Positions 15,869-29,714 of a stretch of 64,000 bases of DNA are shown piece by piece; the first letter of the stretch is position 1; each line of letters starts with the position of its first letter. The translations under genes were made by a program, and so were the position numbers. The DNA comes from Eledone cirrhosa (taxonomy: Eukaryota): NCBI GenBank assembly GCA_964016885.1, contig OZ024743.1:268212001-268276000 (forward strand). Reading direction: 5' to 3'. Under the pieces are notes generated by a model, which was not told the DNA's origin, made no database searches, and saw nothing but the letters and a program-made list of their open reading frames with translations.

Positions 15869-16065
15869 TAGGAAAAGAATCAGAACCCCGACGGCTGAGC
15901 TCCGACCGTTTCGACAGTTGGATCTGTTCGGATCCAGCTGCCGAAACGGCCGGAGCTCAGCCGTCGGTGTCCTGACTCTTTTCCTATTAGTCACTCTACT
16001 ACCCTAAGTATCGAGTACTCGGTGCGTCATGGTCCACCTGGTTACTTACCACACTTTCTTTGTTT
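15869..16065 (+). repeat. Second fold-back element of the same family, with ~55-bp imperfect arms (15869-15986)
   Basis: Inverted arms around 'tgttcg'; body homologous to 13840-13953; flanked by (TA)n. Confidence 0.85.
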
Positions 16066-16428
16066 TATATATATATTTTCCTGAGTCAGTTTTCTCGTTG
16101 CTTTGGTCCCTGCGGCTGCCTTACCGGTCGCAATCTTCAATTTGTAAAGTTGTCTAAACGTAATGTTATTACTCTAACGTAACATACCTTATTGAGTGCT
16201 TAGATGACATTCCGATTGCATTCGTTAGCTTAGCTGCAGCCAGAGCTTCGATTATGCTGTACCTTTGTATTATATATATATATATATTATATATTATATA
16301 TATTATATATACATATATATGTATATATAAAAGGAACGATCGACTTTCGTCAAATCGGACCGAGGGAACAATGTTTCCGTTGGTCTTTCCAATTGCTAAT
16401 ACTATCTATCGGTCGCAACTCCAGGTAG

Positions 16429-16546
16429 AAGGAGCAACGTGAAATAAAGTGTCTTGCTCAAGGACATAACGCATCGCCTGGTCCAGGAATCGAACTCACA
16501 ACCTTACGATTGCGAATACAATTCTCAAACCACTCAGCCACACGCC
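16429..16546 (-). mobile_element. tRNA-derived SINE with a CORE-like domain (a different family)
   Basis: Minus strand: A box TGGCTGAGTGG, B box GAGTTCGATTCC, then TGTCCTTGAGCAAGACACTT resembling the CORE domain. Confidence 0.75.
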
Positions 16547-16548
16547 AT

Positions 16549-16629
<81 letters not shown>

Positions 16630-17248
16630 CAAACCATCCATCTCAACTTTACTTTTGGCAGGCATAAGAACTGGGAAACCGGTAAAGTAAGTAAATAAAT
16701 ATTCCTAAAAGACTCCATTTTCATTTTCAATTTCTTCTGCCTATATTTCAGCCGTATGGGGCATATTGTTTTTTTTATAAAAACCTCATTTTCTTATATA
16801 TATTTACACAGACGAGAAAACTATATATTCTCGCGGGTTGTCAGAGTCCAGCAGTTGCAAGAGCGGGAAGGATCGTCCTGATGAGAAACATTTCAGTTTG
16901 AAATGCATCGACGCTTATCCCCCTTGCTTCAGCTGGACACCACCAGGTGGCGTCAGCTGCCGGTGTTTTTGCATAGCTACGGCTTTCTAAATGTTTAGTT
17001 ACAAACATACTGTATTTCTTTAGAAGTACGAAATTCCAATACATATCTGTATACAACTATGCCAGAAGCTAAATTCTAATTCTCTCTCTCCCTCTCCCTC
17101 TCTCTATATATATACATATACATATATATTTTGTATATATATATACATATACATATATATTTTGTATATATATATAAATATATATATTTTTTAAATTTAA
17201 TTATATAATAAACAAAAGATAATTATATATATACATATATACACATAT

Positions 17249-17279
<31 letters not shown>

Positions 17280-18791
17280 CATACATATGATATGTGTGTG
17301 GGGGGGGGGGGGAATGTGCGTCTGCTTGTTTTGTGTGTGTGTATGCTTAGCTATACGGTAATAGATAAAAAATACACCATATATTTAGTGAAATTATTCA
17401 TATACTCGAGAGTAAAAGATCCCCTTTATCGCAATTTCAATAAATTTGGGTTCTTGTACATTTAAATATGCTATTGTTTTGAGGTTCAAAATATTACCGA
17501 GCACACATAGCAAAGATTTCCTATCTTAATGTCAATTATCTGTTGTTGCTCAATTCTAGAATTTTAATAATATAATTAGATGATGTTGACACAGTAAGTG
17601 TTTTAGCAGTTATATCCTGCATGAAATAGATTTCTTTCTGCTGGGATTTAGGTATTCTTTAAGACTTGTTTGTCTTTCCTGTCTGCAGATTGATGTCAAT
17701 TATTGGATTGTATTCTGCATCAAAAAAGATAGCGTGAGGATTTTATGTTTCAGAATTAGACAAAGGGCGCACATGTTTGGTCGGCTGACGAAAAGTATAG
17801 CTGCCCTTACAATTATAAAGCGCTTATTGAATTCATCAAAACTGCACTGGTAGTTTGATGTGTGATTCAGTCCCCCCCCCCCCCATATATATATATATAT
17901 ATACGTATGTAAAAGGTAAACAGAAATAACAACACAATCGGTACAGTATATGGAAGGGATATATTAGGTTAACGCTTGATATAGCAGGAAGAGGGACTTA
18001 ACGTTTGGGACGCTAGTCCTTCATCAGAAGAAAGAATGAAAAATAAGATACATTGAGGGGACGGGCGGGATGGAATTGGAAAAAATGGCTTTAGATAAAA
18101 ATAACAGGTCCATTCATGTTTACATCTCTTACAAAACTGTTGGTGCTGGCATTTTGTGTATGATTTATTTTTTAGAAAACTCGATGATCGAGCACGTCTA
18201 CCTGAAATCGAAAGAAAAAAACATTTTGTAAAAAGAGCTATACTAGAGCACGTGTAGATATGATGCATCAAATAAAATCGTAATTGACAATATATAATAC
18301 ATAGAAATTGAACGAAGACTGCGTTTCACTGGCGTATGTAATCAGTAATGTAATCCATGATACATTTAAAAAAGACGATATTATATCTGCTAGGCTAGCA
18401 TGTGTAGTGTGTATATTGATATTATACGTAAGTATATATGCATGTAGATATGATCAAATAAAATCGTAATTGACAATATACACAGAAATTGAACGAAGAC
18501 TGTGTTAAACTGTCTTATGTAATCAGTAACGTAATCCATTTAAAAAAAGACGATATTATATATAAACTGCATTAGGAGAAAATTACTATGTTTATTTAAG
18601 CGATCGCCAACCGTAAGTGTTTACATTTGAAAATTTTAAAGAAGTGAATCTTTAAATAGATAATAACATATATTTAATGAACAGCCGCGAAATTTAGTAG
18701 ATAAATTATATAATATTCATTCATTATTTATTCAAAGTAATCCAACTTATTTTACTAATAGGATAAAAAATCATAAACCGTACGCAATTCC

Positions 18792-19170
18792 GCGCTTCTT
18801 ACTTTATTATAGTTTAGATACTGCTATATATATTTCTGTTACAGCCATCATTGGCTGTGACCTCTTCAGTCAGTCCGAATTGGTGTGTGAAAGGCAGGTA
18901 CACAGTTGTTGAAGTGTGTTACTCCGTCAATACATCGATATGTCCAGCTCTTTGTTGTTTTTTATTTCTCTGATTCCAGTTCCTCAGAGAAATAACAACA
19001 CAACCAGGAGCTTGAGATATCGATGTATTGAAGGAGTAAAACACACTTCAACAACATGTGTACCTGTCTTTTCCACACCAATTCGGACTGCCTGAAGAGG
19101 TCACAGCCAATGATGGCTGTCACCGAAATATATATAGGAGTATATCTATAATTTATAATAAACGAAGCCA
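18792..19170. repeat. ~380-bp imperfect palindrome with two divergent hammerheads
   Basis: Arms meet at a 10-nt spacer (18974-83); hammerheads at 18820-18874 (-) and 19087-19141 (+). Confidence 0.9.
19087..19141 (+). ncRNA. Type I hammerhead ribozyme
   Basis: ACTGC-CTGAAGA-GGTCACAGCCA/TGGCTGTCACC-GAAA-TATATATA-GGAGT; the opposite arm has GCAGT, which restores helix I. Confidence 0.75.
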
Positions 19171-19196
19171 AATTTTACATATTTGACTTAATTATT

Positions 19197-19265
<69 letters not shown>

Positions 19266-19294
19266 GTATATATATATATATATATATACAACAT

Positions 19295-19354
<60 letters not shown>

Positions 19355-20310
19355 GAAAAAATGAGAGGAACAATTTGTTTTAGAAAATGTATATAAAATA
19401 TTTTAAATATTACAGGTTTCGATATATCGGAGTAATCCATTTTATCAAATGTTGAATATTACAATTAAGAAAAGAACTAAAAATTAAAAATTTTACATTA
19501 TGTGTTGAAGGAAGTCTGTTAATCTTTCTTTTTAAGAAGAAGACTGGGTCTAAAGTAGAACTTCATATATATATAGAGAGAGAGTTAGCCGTAGTAGTAG
19601 TATTAATAGTGGTGGTTATTGCAACTTTTCACAGAACAAAATTATTTTTAGGTAGAGTAATGTTTCTGTATATATCTGTATATCTCAATTGTGTTAAAGG
19701 ACTGGTCAAGAGGGGTGGCGAAGAGGGGGAAATATAAACTAGAGACAATTGCTATGTTTTGTATAGAACATTTCTCCCTTTTCAAATATATATATATATG
19801 CATTGCCTGCATTTTGTTTGGGCAGTTATGAGACTATAAGACTGTCAATTGGTAAACGAGGTGAAACAGTTTTATCCACTTCTATCACATGTTACCATTT
19901 CCTTATTTTTACTAAGTATTGAGTTTTTCTAAAGTCAGCTTTCACAACCATGTTGTCAACTTAATTTCATTTTAATAATCAGATCATTGCATGGATAAGC
20001 ACACACAATTACTACTTCAAGCAGGCTTGAAATGTTTAGTTTACCATTTAGGTAATTCGAGATATTATCAGTAGCTATAAAAAAAAAACGGAAAGAAGTA
20101 TATTTGCTATCAAATATATGGGTTTATAGCACGTATTTCCTTGTAGGAGTTTTGAGTGCATTTTGTACCCAGATGTGACATTGATTAACCATATGTCTCG
20201 TATGTTGCAGTTTTTAATAGAATGAATTAAAACCCGTACCCAAAATGAGTTACGCGTCGATCGCTAAGCTTATCTTTATCTATACAGGACTGGTAACATG
20301 AAAGGAATAC

Positions 20311-20369
<59 letters not shown>

Positions 20370-21104
20370 CGTGGGCATGAATGTGTGTTTGTATGTGCAT
20401 ATGTGTATATATATATATATATATATATGTTTTTCGCTAATTTCCAATAGCCGAAATGCGATTCTCGCTAATTTATATTTGTATTAATCTCCAGAGTCTA
20501 GCTTTTAACCAGTTAATTTTTTAGTTAATTCTATTGACTGTTTAATAGCTTATGTTAATTTTAAAAACTATTCTGTTCAGAGTTTAATTCGTTTTGTGAT
20601 ATTTTGCAATTTTGCGATAACCACACATACTGAATTGATACGCCAGGACTAGGGGTTGTCTCCCTTCTAACCCCCACGTGGATTCAGTTAACGGTCAGTC
20701 CTTAGCTTTGCATAGAATTAAATACCTGTTGAAAAAGTTACTTCCTTGTTCGATCATCATACCAAAAGCTTAACATTATTTGTTTAAGCATACAATACCT
20801 GATTTAGGAGTTGCAGAAACCCCACATTGGATTTTACCACGGCTTCTAGGGGTCCGGGTATAATTTTACCTCATATTTTATTTTTTGTTTGAACCAAATA
20901 GCTTGGTCGTTTCTATGGCTTTACGGATAATGGTTTAACCATCGTCTCAGTGTGTTTGGCCTTTTAACGTACGTTGTTTCTCTAGTTCACTAGTTTCTAT
21001 GGAGCACTTGCCACGCATCTCGGAAGTTGTTTTCCCTAATTTCCAATAGCCGAAATGCGATTCTCGCTAATTTATATTTGTATATATATATATATATATA
21101 TATA

Positions 21105-21821
21105 ATTAGAATTGGTGGTCTGAAATAGCTATATATATATATATGAATGTATATATAGTGTGTTTTACAATACACTGTATGCTTAATTAAAAGCATTTCG
21201 AAGACCTTATGCTATTGTTTTAGAGTAGTGATAGTCTCACTTAGTTTAATTTTCAGCAAACAGGGGACATTAAGCCGGCAGAGCCATGTTTCGCATTTGT
21301 TGATGCTTATCAAGGCTAACTACTCCTCCTGTGTGCCGAAAATCATGGATGTTTGATGATTATAGAATTCTAATAAATAATCAGGAACTGATTATACAGA
21401 TCGGTTGCCGGTCAAGCAGAAATTGAAAATTAGATTTGTGCTCTAAAATAAATATATATATATGAATGTATATATAGTGTATTTTGCAATACACTATATA
21501 TACATTGATATATATATAGCTATTTCAGAGCAATTCTAATTTTCAATTTCTTCTTGACCGGCAACCGCTCTGTATAATCAGTTCCTGATTATTTACTAGA
21601 ATTCTATAAGAATCAAACATCCATGATTTTGGGCAAACGGAAGGAATAGTTAGCCTTGATAAACATCAACAAATGCGAAACAGGGCTCTGTCGGCTTTAT
21701 CTCTCCTGTTTGCTGAAAATTAAAGTAATTGAGACTATCACTACTCTAAAACAATAGCATAAGGTCTTCGAAATGCTTTTAATTAAGCATACAGTGTATT
21801 GCAAAATACACTATATATACA

Positions 21822-21830
<9 letters not shown>
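21105..21830. repeat. ~700-bp palindrome built from a ~320-bp hammerhead-bearing monomer
   Basis: Centre near 21485 (tatagtgtattttgcaatacactata); 'tatatgaatgtatatatagtgt' directly repeated at ~21140 and ~21460; hammerheads at 21273-21317 (-) and 21652-21696 (+). Confidence 0.9.
21652..21696 (+). ncRNA. Type I hammerhead ribozyme, U3:A8 core variant, GUC cleavage triplet
   Basis: AGCC-TTGATAA-(A/G)CAT-CAACAA-ATGC-GAAA-CAG-GGCT-CTG-TC-GGCT; all three helices form in the consensus of the two arms. Confidence 0.75.
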
Positions 21831-21904
<74 letters not shown>

Positions 21905-21955
21905 TTCTGAATTTGTTTAGCAAGATTCTTTATCTGAAAACGTGTGTTGAAACCG

Positions 21956-22139
21956 ATATTGTTATACTTTGGGAGGGTCATGTTGCCAATAAGAAACACA
22001 CGCACCAGATTCTTTCACTTCAATTTATTATAATAAATTTACAAATTTAGGAATTTATAAATTTATTATAATAAATTGAAGTGAAAGCAACTGGTGCGTG
22101 TGTTTCTTACTGGCAACATGACCCTCCCAAAATATAACA

Positions 22140-22142
<3 letters not shown>
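21956..22142. repeat. ~190-bp palindrome (fold-back element); related fragments at ~23783-23851 and ~25540-25580
   Basis: Arms 'atattgttatactttgggagggtcatgttgcca...' and '...tggcaacatgaccctcccaaaatataacaatat'. Confidence 0.85.
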
Positions 22143-22172
<30 letters not shown>

Positions 22173-22185
22173 CATATATATATAA

Positions 22186-22271
<86 letters not shown>

Positions 22272-22272
<1 letters not shown>

Positions 22273-23011
22273 TAGATAGATAATTTAATATATCAACTAA
22301 CATAAGCGCACAGATGCACGTCCATGCCAGCAAATACACAGGTTATGTCATAGTACCTAGGTGGTTCAATACAGGAGGATGCAGAACAATAATATAAAAG
22401 ACGTAAAATAAGAAAATATTTTTTAAAAAAAATTTTTTTTTAATTTTTTTACTTACTTACTTAAATTTTCACTCCAACTAATTAGTTTCTGCAATGGGAT
22501 AAAGACAGTTACGTAATCCAACTGTCGAGAATTCATTGCGTCATCAGGGAGTCTATTCTCAGCTGAGTCTCCAGGCAATGCGCGGACACTGGCGGCTCAT
22601 ATAAAAATAATAATAATAATTCGGTAGATAGAACAGCTGGCGAGGACTGGATTCTATGTACTGAAATTCTCACTGCTTCTAGTCAAATGGCCGATTCTAA
22701 AGAATCAATCACGTGACACAGAGGCTAGTTAGAAGGAATGGGATGGTAAGATGACTGACGCCTACTAACACCCCAAAAATTTAGAAGTGGTTTTGGCAGG
22801 TTTGCTCGACAAATCAGTGATTTGGAGATAAATATAGATAATTTAATATATCAACTAACATAAGCGCACAGATGCACGTCCATGCCAGCAAATACACAGG
22901 TTATGTCATAGTACCTAGGTGGTTCAATGCAGGAGGATGCAGAACAATAATATAAAAGAGGTAAAATAAGAAAATATTTTTTTTTTTTTTTTTTTTAATT
23001 TTTTTACTTAC

Positions 23012-23015
<4 letters not shown>
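22272..23015 (-). mobile_element. Non-coding ~560-bp monomer plus ~190-bp direct repeat with an internal hammerhead (retrozyme-like or PLE pLTR-like)
   Basis: 22272-22463 is repeated at 22833-23015; (TA)n flanks; hammerhead at 22471-22552. Confidence 0.75.
22471..22552 (-). ncRNA. Type I hammerhead ribozyme with extended helix II and palindromic helix III
   Basis: Minus strand: ACTCC-CTGATGA-CGCAATG...GACAGTT/AACTGTC...CATTGCA-GAAA-CTAATTAG-TT-GGAGT. Confidence 0.8.
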
Positions 23016-23106
<91 letters not shown>

Positions 23107-23721
23107 ATATACATAATCGGAGAGACCTAATAGCGATACTCCGGCCAAATCCCAACTCAGTCAACAAACATTACGAAATAAGTGAGTATATTCCTAATTA
23201 AACGTTCGGGGTGCTAACTAATTGTATTGTATGGAAAATTGGCTGTATCATTTCATATGAGATATATCAAATATATCCCTTCCCAGACGGACGTCGCGTT
23301 TCATTATAAGATTTCTACAAGTTGGGTGAAATTATACCAATTTATGTAGAAGCTTGTATAAGATCAACAGATACTTATTCAAGTGGGCTCAGATATATAT
23401 ATTTATTAAAATAACAGATTAAGCGATTCTTTGCTTAAACTTTAATCTGTTATTTTAAGAAATATTTGCTCTACGGTTCTTATATATCTGATATATATTT
23501 ATCCTTATCGAGCCCTCTTTGGATTTTAGTCTCCAAATTTATTATCACTATATATATATATATATATACAAATGAATATATGATAGGGATAAACACTGAT
23601 ACAAGTATACATGTGTTTGCATTGCAAATGACCAAGTTAGGTAGATTGAAAAATACTAATTAAAATAATAATGTTCGCCTCTCTCGATTTAATTGTAAAA
23701 TACTATTTGAGTTTATAACGC

Positions 23722-23783
<62 letters not shown>

Positions 23784-23847
23784 CGTTTCTGAATTTGTTT
23801 AGCAAGATTTTCTATCTGAAAACGTGTGTTGAAACCGATATTGTTAT

Positions 23848-23904
<57 letters not shown>

Positions 23905-23908
<4 letters not shown>

Positions 23909-24751
23909 CAGGACAAAATCAGGACAAAATTTTACTGTAAAAAATCACTTCACTTGCTCATCAAAAAATCTACTTTATGCCATTAAATGTAAAGGATGCA
24001 ATGAAGATTATATAGGACAAACTAAACTCACACTCAGAAACAGAATGACAGTTCATCGCCAACAATTACGAGATCCAACCACGAGACAGATACCACTAAG
24101 TGCACATCTAGACATTTGCGCAAGTAATAAGACACCCAAATTCCAAGTCTTCCCATTTTACCTTTGCGCTAACAATACAACAGAACAAATGCGAATAAAT
24201 AAGGAAAATATGTTTATTCAAAAATATAGACCAACATTAAATAAGGTTTAATATACATTATGTCAACACCACAATATGACATACACACACATAACACCTT
24301 CTACTTTAGAAAATAAAAACCCGAACTAAATAAACCCTAACATACGTTTGCACTGGCAATACAACAGCAAACACGAAAAAGTAAGGAAAATATGTTCATT
24401 CAAAAATATTCCTACTAAAGGAATCACTTTCCTACACACACGCATACACACACACACAATATATATATATATATATATATATATTCTCTTAATCTTAACA
24501 TGCTAACCATACTCCCACACACATAACACCCATACACACACATAACAACCCCCACACCTACAACTCCCTCCCCATTTCTACTAATAGAACCACTTTCCTA
24601 CACACATATATATATATACACACATCTTAACATACTCGCACACACACACACATAACACCATCTTAACATACTCGCACACACACACACATAACACCCATAT
24701 ACACACACACACAACTCCCTCCCCCATCTCTACTAATAGAATCATCTTCCA

Positions 24752-24807
<56 letters not shown>

Positions 24808-25500
24808 ACACACAAGCACACAAATATACATACATATCTTCAGTCTCAATAGAAAATCTGAACTCTGACACCCCGGCGAGCTGGCCATATTCACTGAACC
24901 AGAACATTTCTCCCAATCCCTTTTCTCTTGACCACTATCTCTCCATTGTCATAACATTCACTATAAAGACTACAGAATAGTTTTCCAAATAAGGGCGCAA
25001 AAATGTAATAAAAACATGTTCACGTGACAGCCAAATTTCATTTATAACCAACCCAAAAAAAGCCTTCGTGAGCCTCCTTTTTTCAAGTAAAAAGAAATTC
25101 AAACACTCATATATGAAAAAACAACCTGTGACAACCCCCCCCCCCCCCTCTCTCTTAATTGAAGAACTATTGTAACGCGAACTGGCGCGAAATTTATTAT
25201 AATTATTGACAAACCAATCAAATTACTTCTCGAAAAACCTGGAATTTCGAGCCACTTTTTCCATATAAAACAAGTAACATTCAGAGACCAACCAGATGTG
25301 AGAAAAACCACAGACCCTCCATCTCAACTCACCTTTTGAAAAGCAGAAGAACTGCGAAACCGGTAAAGGAACCAAATAAATATATATATTTTAAAAAAAA
25401 GTAAGACTTCAGTTGCATTTTCGATTTCATCTCTTTTTCTTTATACTTTCACTCGTGTAGGACACCTCGGTTATTTTTCATTTTGTAAAAAAAACCTCAC

Positions 25501-25508
<8 letters not shown>
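23905..25508 (+). mobile_element. 5'-truncated Penelope-like element: GIY-YIG C-terminus plus a long 3' UTR ending in a hammerhead
   Basis: Translation from ~23946: [40 protein letters not shown]...KENMFIQKYRPTLN; hammerhead at 25332-25369; (TA)n on both sides. Confidence 0.85.
25332..25369 (+). ncRNA. Minimal type I hammerhead, U3:A8 variant; further copies at 16651-16688 (+, decayed), 26761-26798 (-), 28764-28801 (-) and 28897-28934 (+)
   Basis: CCTT-TTGAAAA-GCAG-AAGAA-CTGC-GAAA-CCGG-TA-AAGG; palindromic helix III ACCGGT. Confidence 0.75.
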
Positions 25509-25543
<35 letters not shown>

Positions 25544-25725
25544 GTATAACAATATCGGTTTCAACACACGTTTTCAGATATGATTTTCTGGATATAGATA
25601 TATAGATATATTTTCTTTAAGATGAAACTAATTTATATAACTATGCATAATTTGTCGATAGGTATTCTTTATTCATCTCAGCCTAGTAACGAAATACAAA
25701 ATCAACCCATATTATTATATATTTC

Positions 25726-25920
25726 AAGGGCGGTGGATTGACAGTATCGGTAGAGGGTCGGACGCCATGCTTTCTAGCATAGTTACATCCCTTTACAGTC
25801 TGAGTTCAAATCCCGCCGAGGTTAACTTTGCCTTTCATCCTTAGGGGGTCGATAAAATAAAGTACCAGTAATGTACTGGGTATTTGCTGTCCTTGTACCT
25901 AAAGTAGAAACAATTATTAT
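25726..25920 (+). mobile_element. Full-length tRNA-derived SINE (central domain resembles the Meta-SINE type), (ATT)n tail
   Basis: B box GAGTTCAAATCC (25802-13); central GCCTTTCATCCTT..GGGGTCGATAAAATAAAGTACCAG; at least 6 copies in the window; the superfamily assignment is from memory and uncertain. Confidence 0.85.
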
Positions 25921-26619
25921 ATATTTCTTACGACTTAATTATTCTCCGTCCAAACCCGCATTGTCGAGGCTTTCAAACTTCGAATTCTTTATACCATCTA
26001 CAATACTTCAAGTAAACTACAAATTCCTTATATATTTATACGTTTTATATATAAATATGATTTTAGATTCTTAAATGTTAATATCCTGTGCGTTTACAGT
26101 GTTGTTTAAGATCTCAGCTCTAATTAATCTTTCTCTTGTGGAAAACCAATAAAAACATTACATAATGCGTGCTGAATGTTTATGATGGTGAGGCTGTGAT
26201 TAAAATATCTGGATAATACTTCTTGCAAATCAACTAATCATAAACACTACCAATTCTTCGCTCCGTCATTCTCGTATGTTTTTTTCATGTGGACACGTTA
26301 AACATCGTATCTGCATATGATTACTAGAAATGTAAGATTTTGAAATTTTCTTTAGTTTTGATAAATATAGATAGAAAACCGCCCTAAGGACAGTGTTTCT
26401 TCTAATAATACGAACTCCCACCGATATATTTCATTTAGAGGTTTATCTAATGTAACTTTATACTTACTCTACACAAGTCAAACATAGCTATCATGTTTTA
26501 ATCATATATAAGTAAATTTGATTCACCGTTATATTTACTCGAAACACATTTATTAGATTATTTCCAGGATATTCAGGATAGAGATATACACAGTCGCAGA
26601 AACATCATATATATTTTTA

Positions 26620-27437
26620 TTATATTAGAAAGTGACGTTTTTTACAAAATGAAAAATAATGGAGGTGTCCTACACGAGTGAAAGTATAAAGAAAAAAAGA
26701 TGAAATCGAAAATACAACTGGAGTCTTATTTAAAAAAAATATATATGTATTTATTTGGTTCCTTTACCGGTTTCGCAGTTCTTCTGTTTTTCAAAAGTAG
26801 TGTTGAGATGGAGGATCTGTGGTTTTTCTCACATCTGGTTGGCCTTTGAATGTTACTTGTTTTATATGGAAAGAAGTGGCTCGAAACGCCAGGTTTTTAG
26901 AGAAGTAATTTGATTGGTTGGTCAATAAGTATAATAAATTTCGCGCCAGTTCGCGTTACAAATTTCTTCAAACAAGGGGGGCTCAGGTTGTTTTTTTCAT
27001 ATATGAGTGTTTGAATTTCTTTTTACTTAAAAAAGGGGGCTCACGAAGGGTTTTTTTTTTAAATGTAATTTGATTGGTTATAAATGAAATTATGGCTGTC
27101 ATGAACAAGTTCATTAAATTTCGCGCCCGTATTTGGGAATGTATTTTGTAGCCTTTCAGAGAATTTTATGACAATAAAGAAAGTGGCTCACGAAGGCTTT
27201 TTAAAAAAAATTCAATTTGATTGGTTATAAATGAAATTATGACTGTCACGTGAACAAGTTCATTAAATTTTACCCCCGTATTTAGGAATTTATTTTGTAG
27301 CCTTTTAGAGAATTTTATGACGGGCAAAAGAATGGTCAAGAGAAATGGGATGGGAGAATTGTTCTGGTTCAGTGAATATGGCTAGTTCGCTGGGTGTCAG
27401 AGTTGAGATTTTCTATTGAAATAAAGAATGTTTATTT

Positions 27438-27504
<67 letters not shown>

Positions 27505-27618
27505 TGTATAGGAAGATGATTCTATTGGTATAAATCGGGGAGGGAGTTGTATGTGTGTGTATATGGGTGTTATGTGTGTGTGTGTGGGAGTATGTGAAGA
27601 TGGAGAGAATATATATAT

Positions 27619-27671
<53 letters not shown>

Positions 27672-27915
27672 AGGAAAATGATTCCGTTCGTAGGAATATT
27701 TTTGAATGAACATATTTTCCTTACTTATTCGTATGTTCTGTTGTATCGTCAGCGCAAACGTATGTTAAGGTTTATTTAGTTCGGGTTTTTATTTTCTAAA
27801 GTAGAAGGTGTTATGTGTGTGTGTGTGTGTCTGTTTGGATGGTTAGCATGTTATGGTGTTGACATAATGTATATTAAACCATATTTTATGCTGGTCTATA
27901 TTTTTGAATAAACAT
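26620..27915 (-). mobile_element. Second copy of the 24207-25508 PLE 3' region, inverted (tail-to-tail)
   Basis: Reverse-complement match along ~1.3 kb, including the ORF end, (CA)n blocks and hammerhead; internal ~120-bp duplication at 27010-27320. Confidence 0.85.
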
Positions 27916-27934
27916 ATATATGTATATATGAAGT

Positions 27935-28548
27935 AAGGGATTTTCCATGATTTTGAACATTATGTATATCCCCTTTCAGAAACTAATTAGTTGGAGTGAA
28001 ACTTAAGTAAGTAAGTTAATTATTATAATTTTCTTATTTTACGTCTTTCATATAATTGTTCTACATTTTTGTATTGAACCACAAAGTTACTAAGACAAAA
28101 CCTCTATCGTGTAGCATAAGTATACTTCTGTATAAATATGTTGGTAAATATACTAATTCTTTATAATTAACTCCAAATTATTTGTTGAGCAAAAATTTGC
28201 CTGAATTACTGCTATGATTCATAGTAATATTTTGGCTACTGTCTTTTTAACACCTCACTCCTCACTGATTAACCTCGATGTCACGTGATTGATTCTTTTG
28301 AATTTGCCACTGACCGGGAAGATGGTGAAATTTTCAGTGTCTTGAAATTTGGTCAGCGCGTGCTTCTTTTCCATTCACTTTGAGATCCCTGTGTCCGCCT
28401 ATCTTAGCAGAGAATTGACTCCCTGATGAAAAAAGGAATTCTACATGGTTTTGAAAACACTATGTATATCCCCTGTCAGAAACCAATTAGTTGGAGTGAA
28501 ACTTAAGTAAGTTAATTATTATAATTTTCTTACTTTACGTCTTTCATA
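27935..28548 (+). mobile_element. Diverged relative of the 22272-23015 hammerhead element (~520-bp monomer plus direct repeat)
   Basis: 'cagaaac.aattagttggagtgaaacttaagtaagt' at ~27977 and ~28477; ACTCC-CTGATGA at 28418; helix II decayed. Confidence 0.7.
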
Positions 28549-28582
28549 TATATATATATATATATATACAGAGAGAGAGGGA

Positions 28583-29148
<566 letters not shown>

Positions 29149-29714
29149 TGTCGAAGACCTGGAAATGCTTTACGCCAACGAACGAATCTTAAATAATAAA
29201 TCTGAGGAAATTTCGCCCTGTCAGAATAATTTCTACATTACTTTCTTGTATTACAGCCTGGCATAACAGATAATACGGACACTATGCTGATAATATCGTT
29301 CATTATTTGGTAGCTAATTTTATACCAAAATGGATTTATTTATATTTGTATATGTATGTATGTGTGTATGTATGTATGTATATGTGTATATGCGTGTATG
29401 TATATGTGTGTGTGTTTATGTATGGATATATATGTACGTATGTATTTATGTGTATAAGTATATATATATATTTATATATATATATGTGTGTATGTATACA
29501 TTTGTGCAGTGATAGTTTTGAGCTCTGTTCATCAGATACTCGGACCATCACAATAACTTCATGTGTATGTTTACTGGGTCCACCATATTTGATAGGACGA
29601 TTCTTAGACATTGTTTGGAGATGTTTCACTGTCACATAAGCTTTAAACATCCTACATTTGTATATTGTCTTTGAAGAAGGATGTGTCTGTTCTAAAACAT
29701 GGATGAAAGGCTAT

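Noticed and set aside
16429-16546. A and B boxes suggesting a tRNA gene (also at 25726)
   Set aside because: No cloverleaf; followed by SINE body domains
17997-18560. Hammerhead-like motifs at ~18000-18030, ~18325-18345 and ~16878
   Set aside because: Core nucleotides mutated (CAAAC, CTGATTA, GACGC); noted only as decayed candidates
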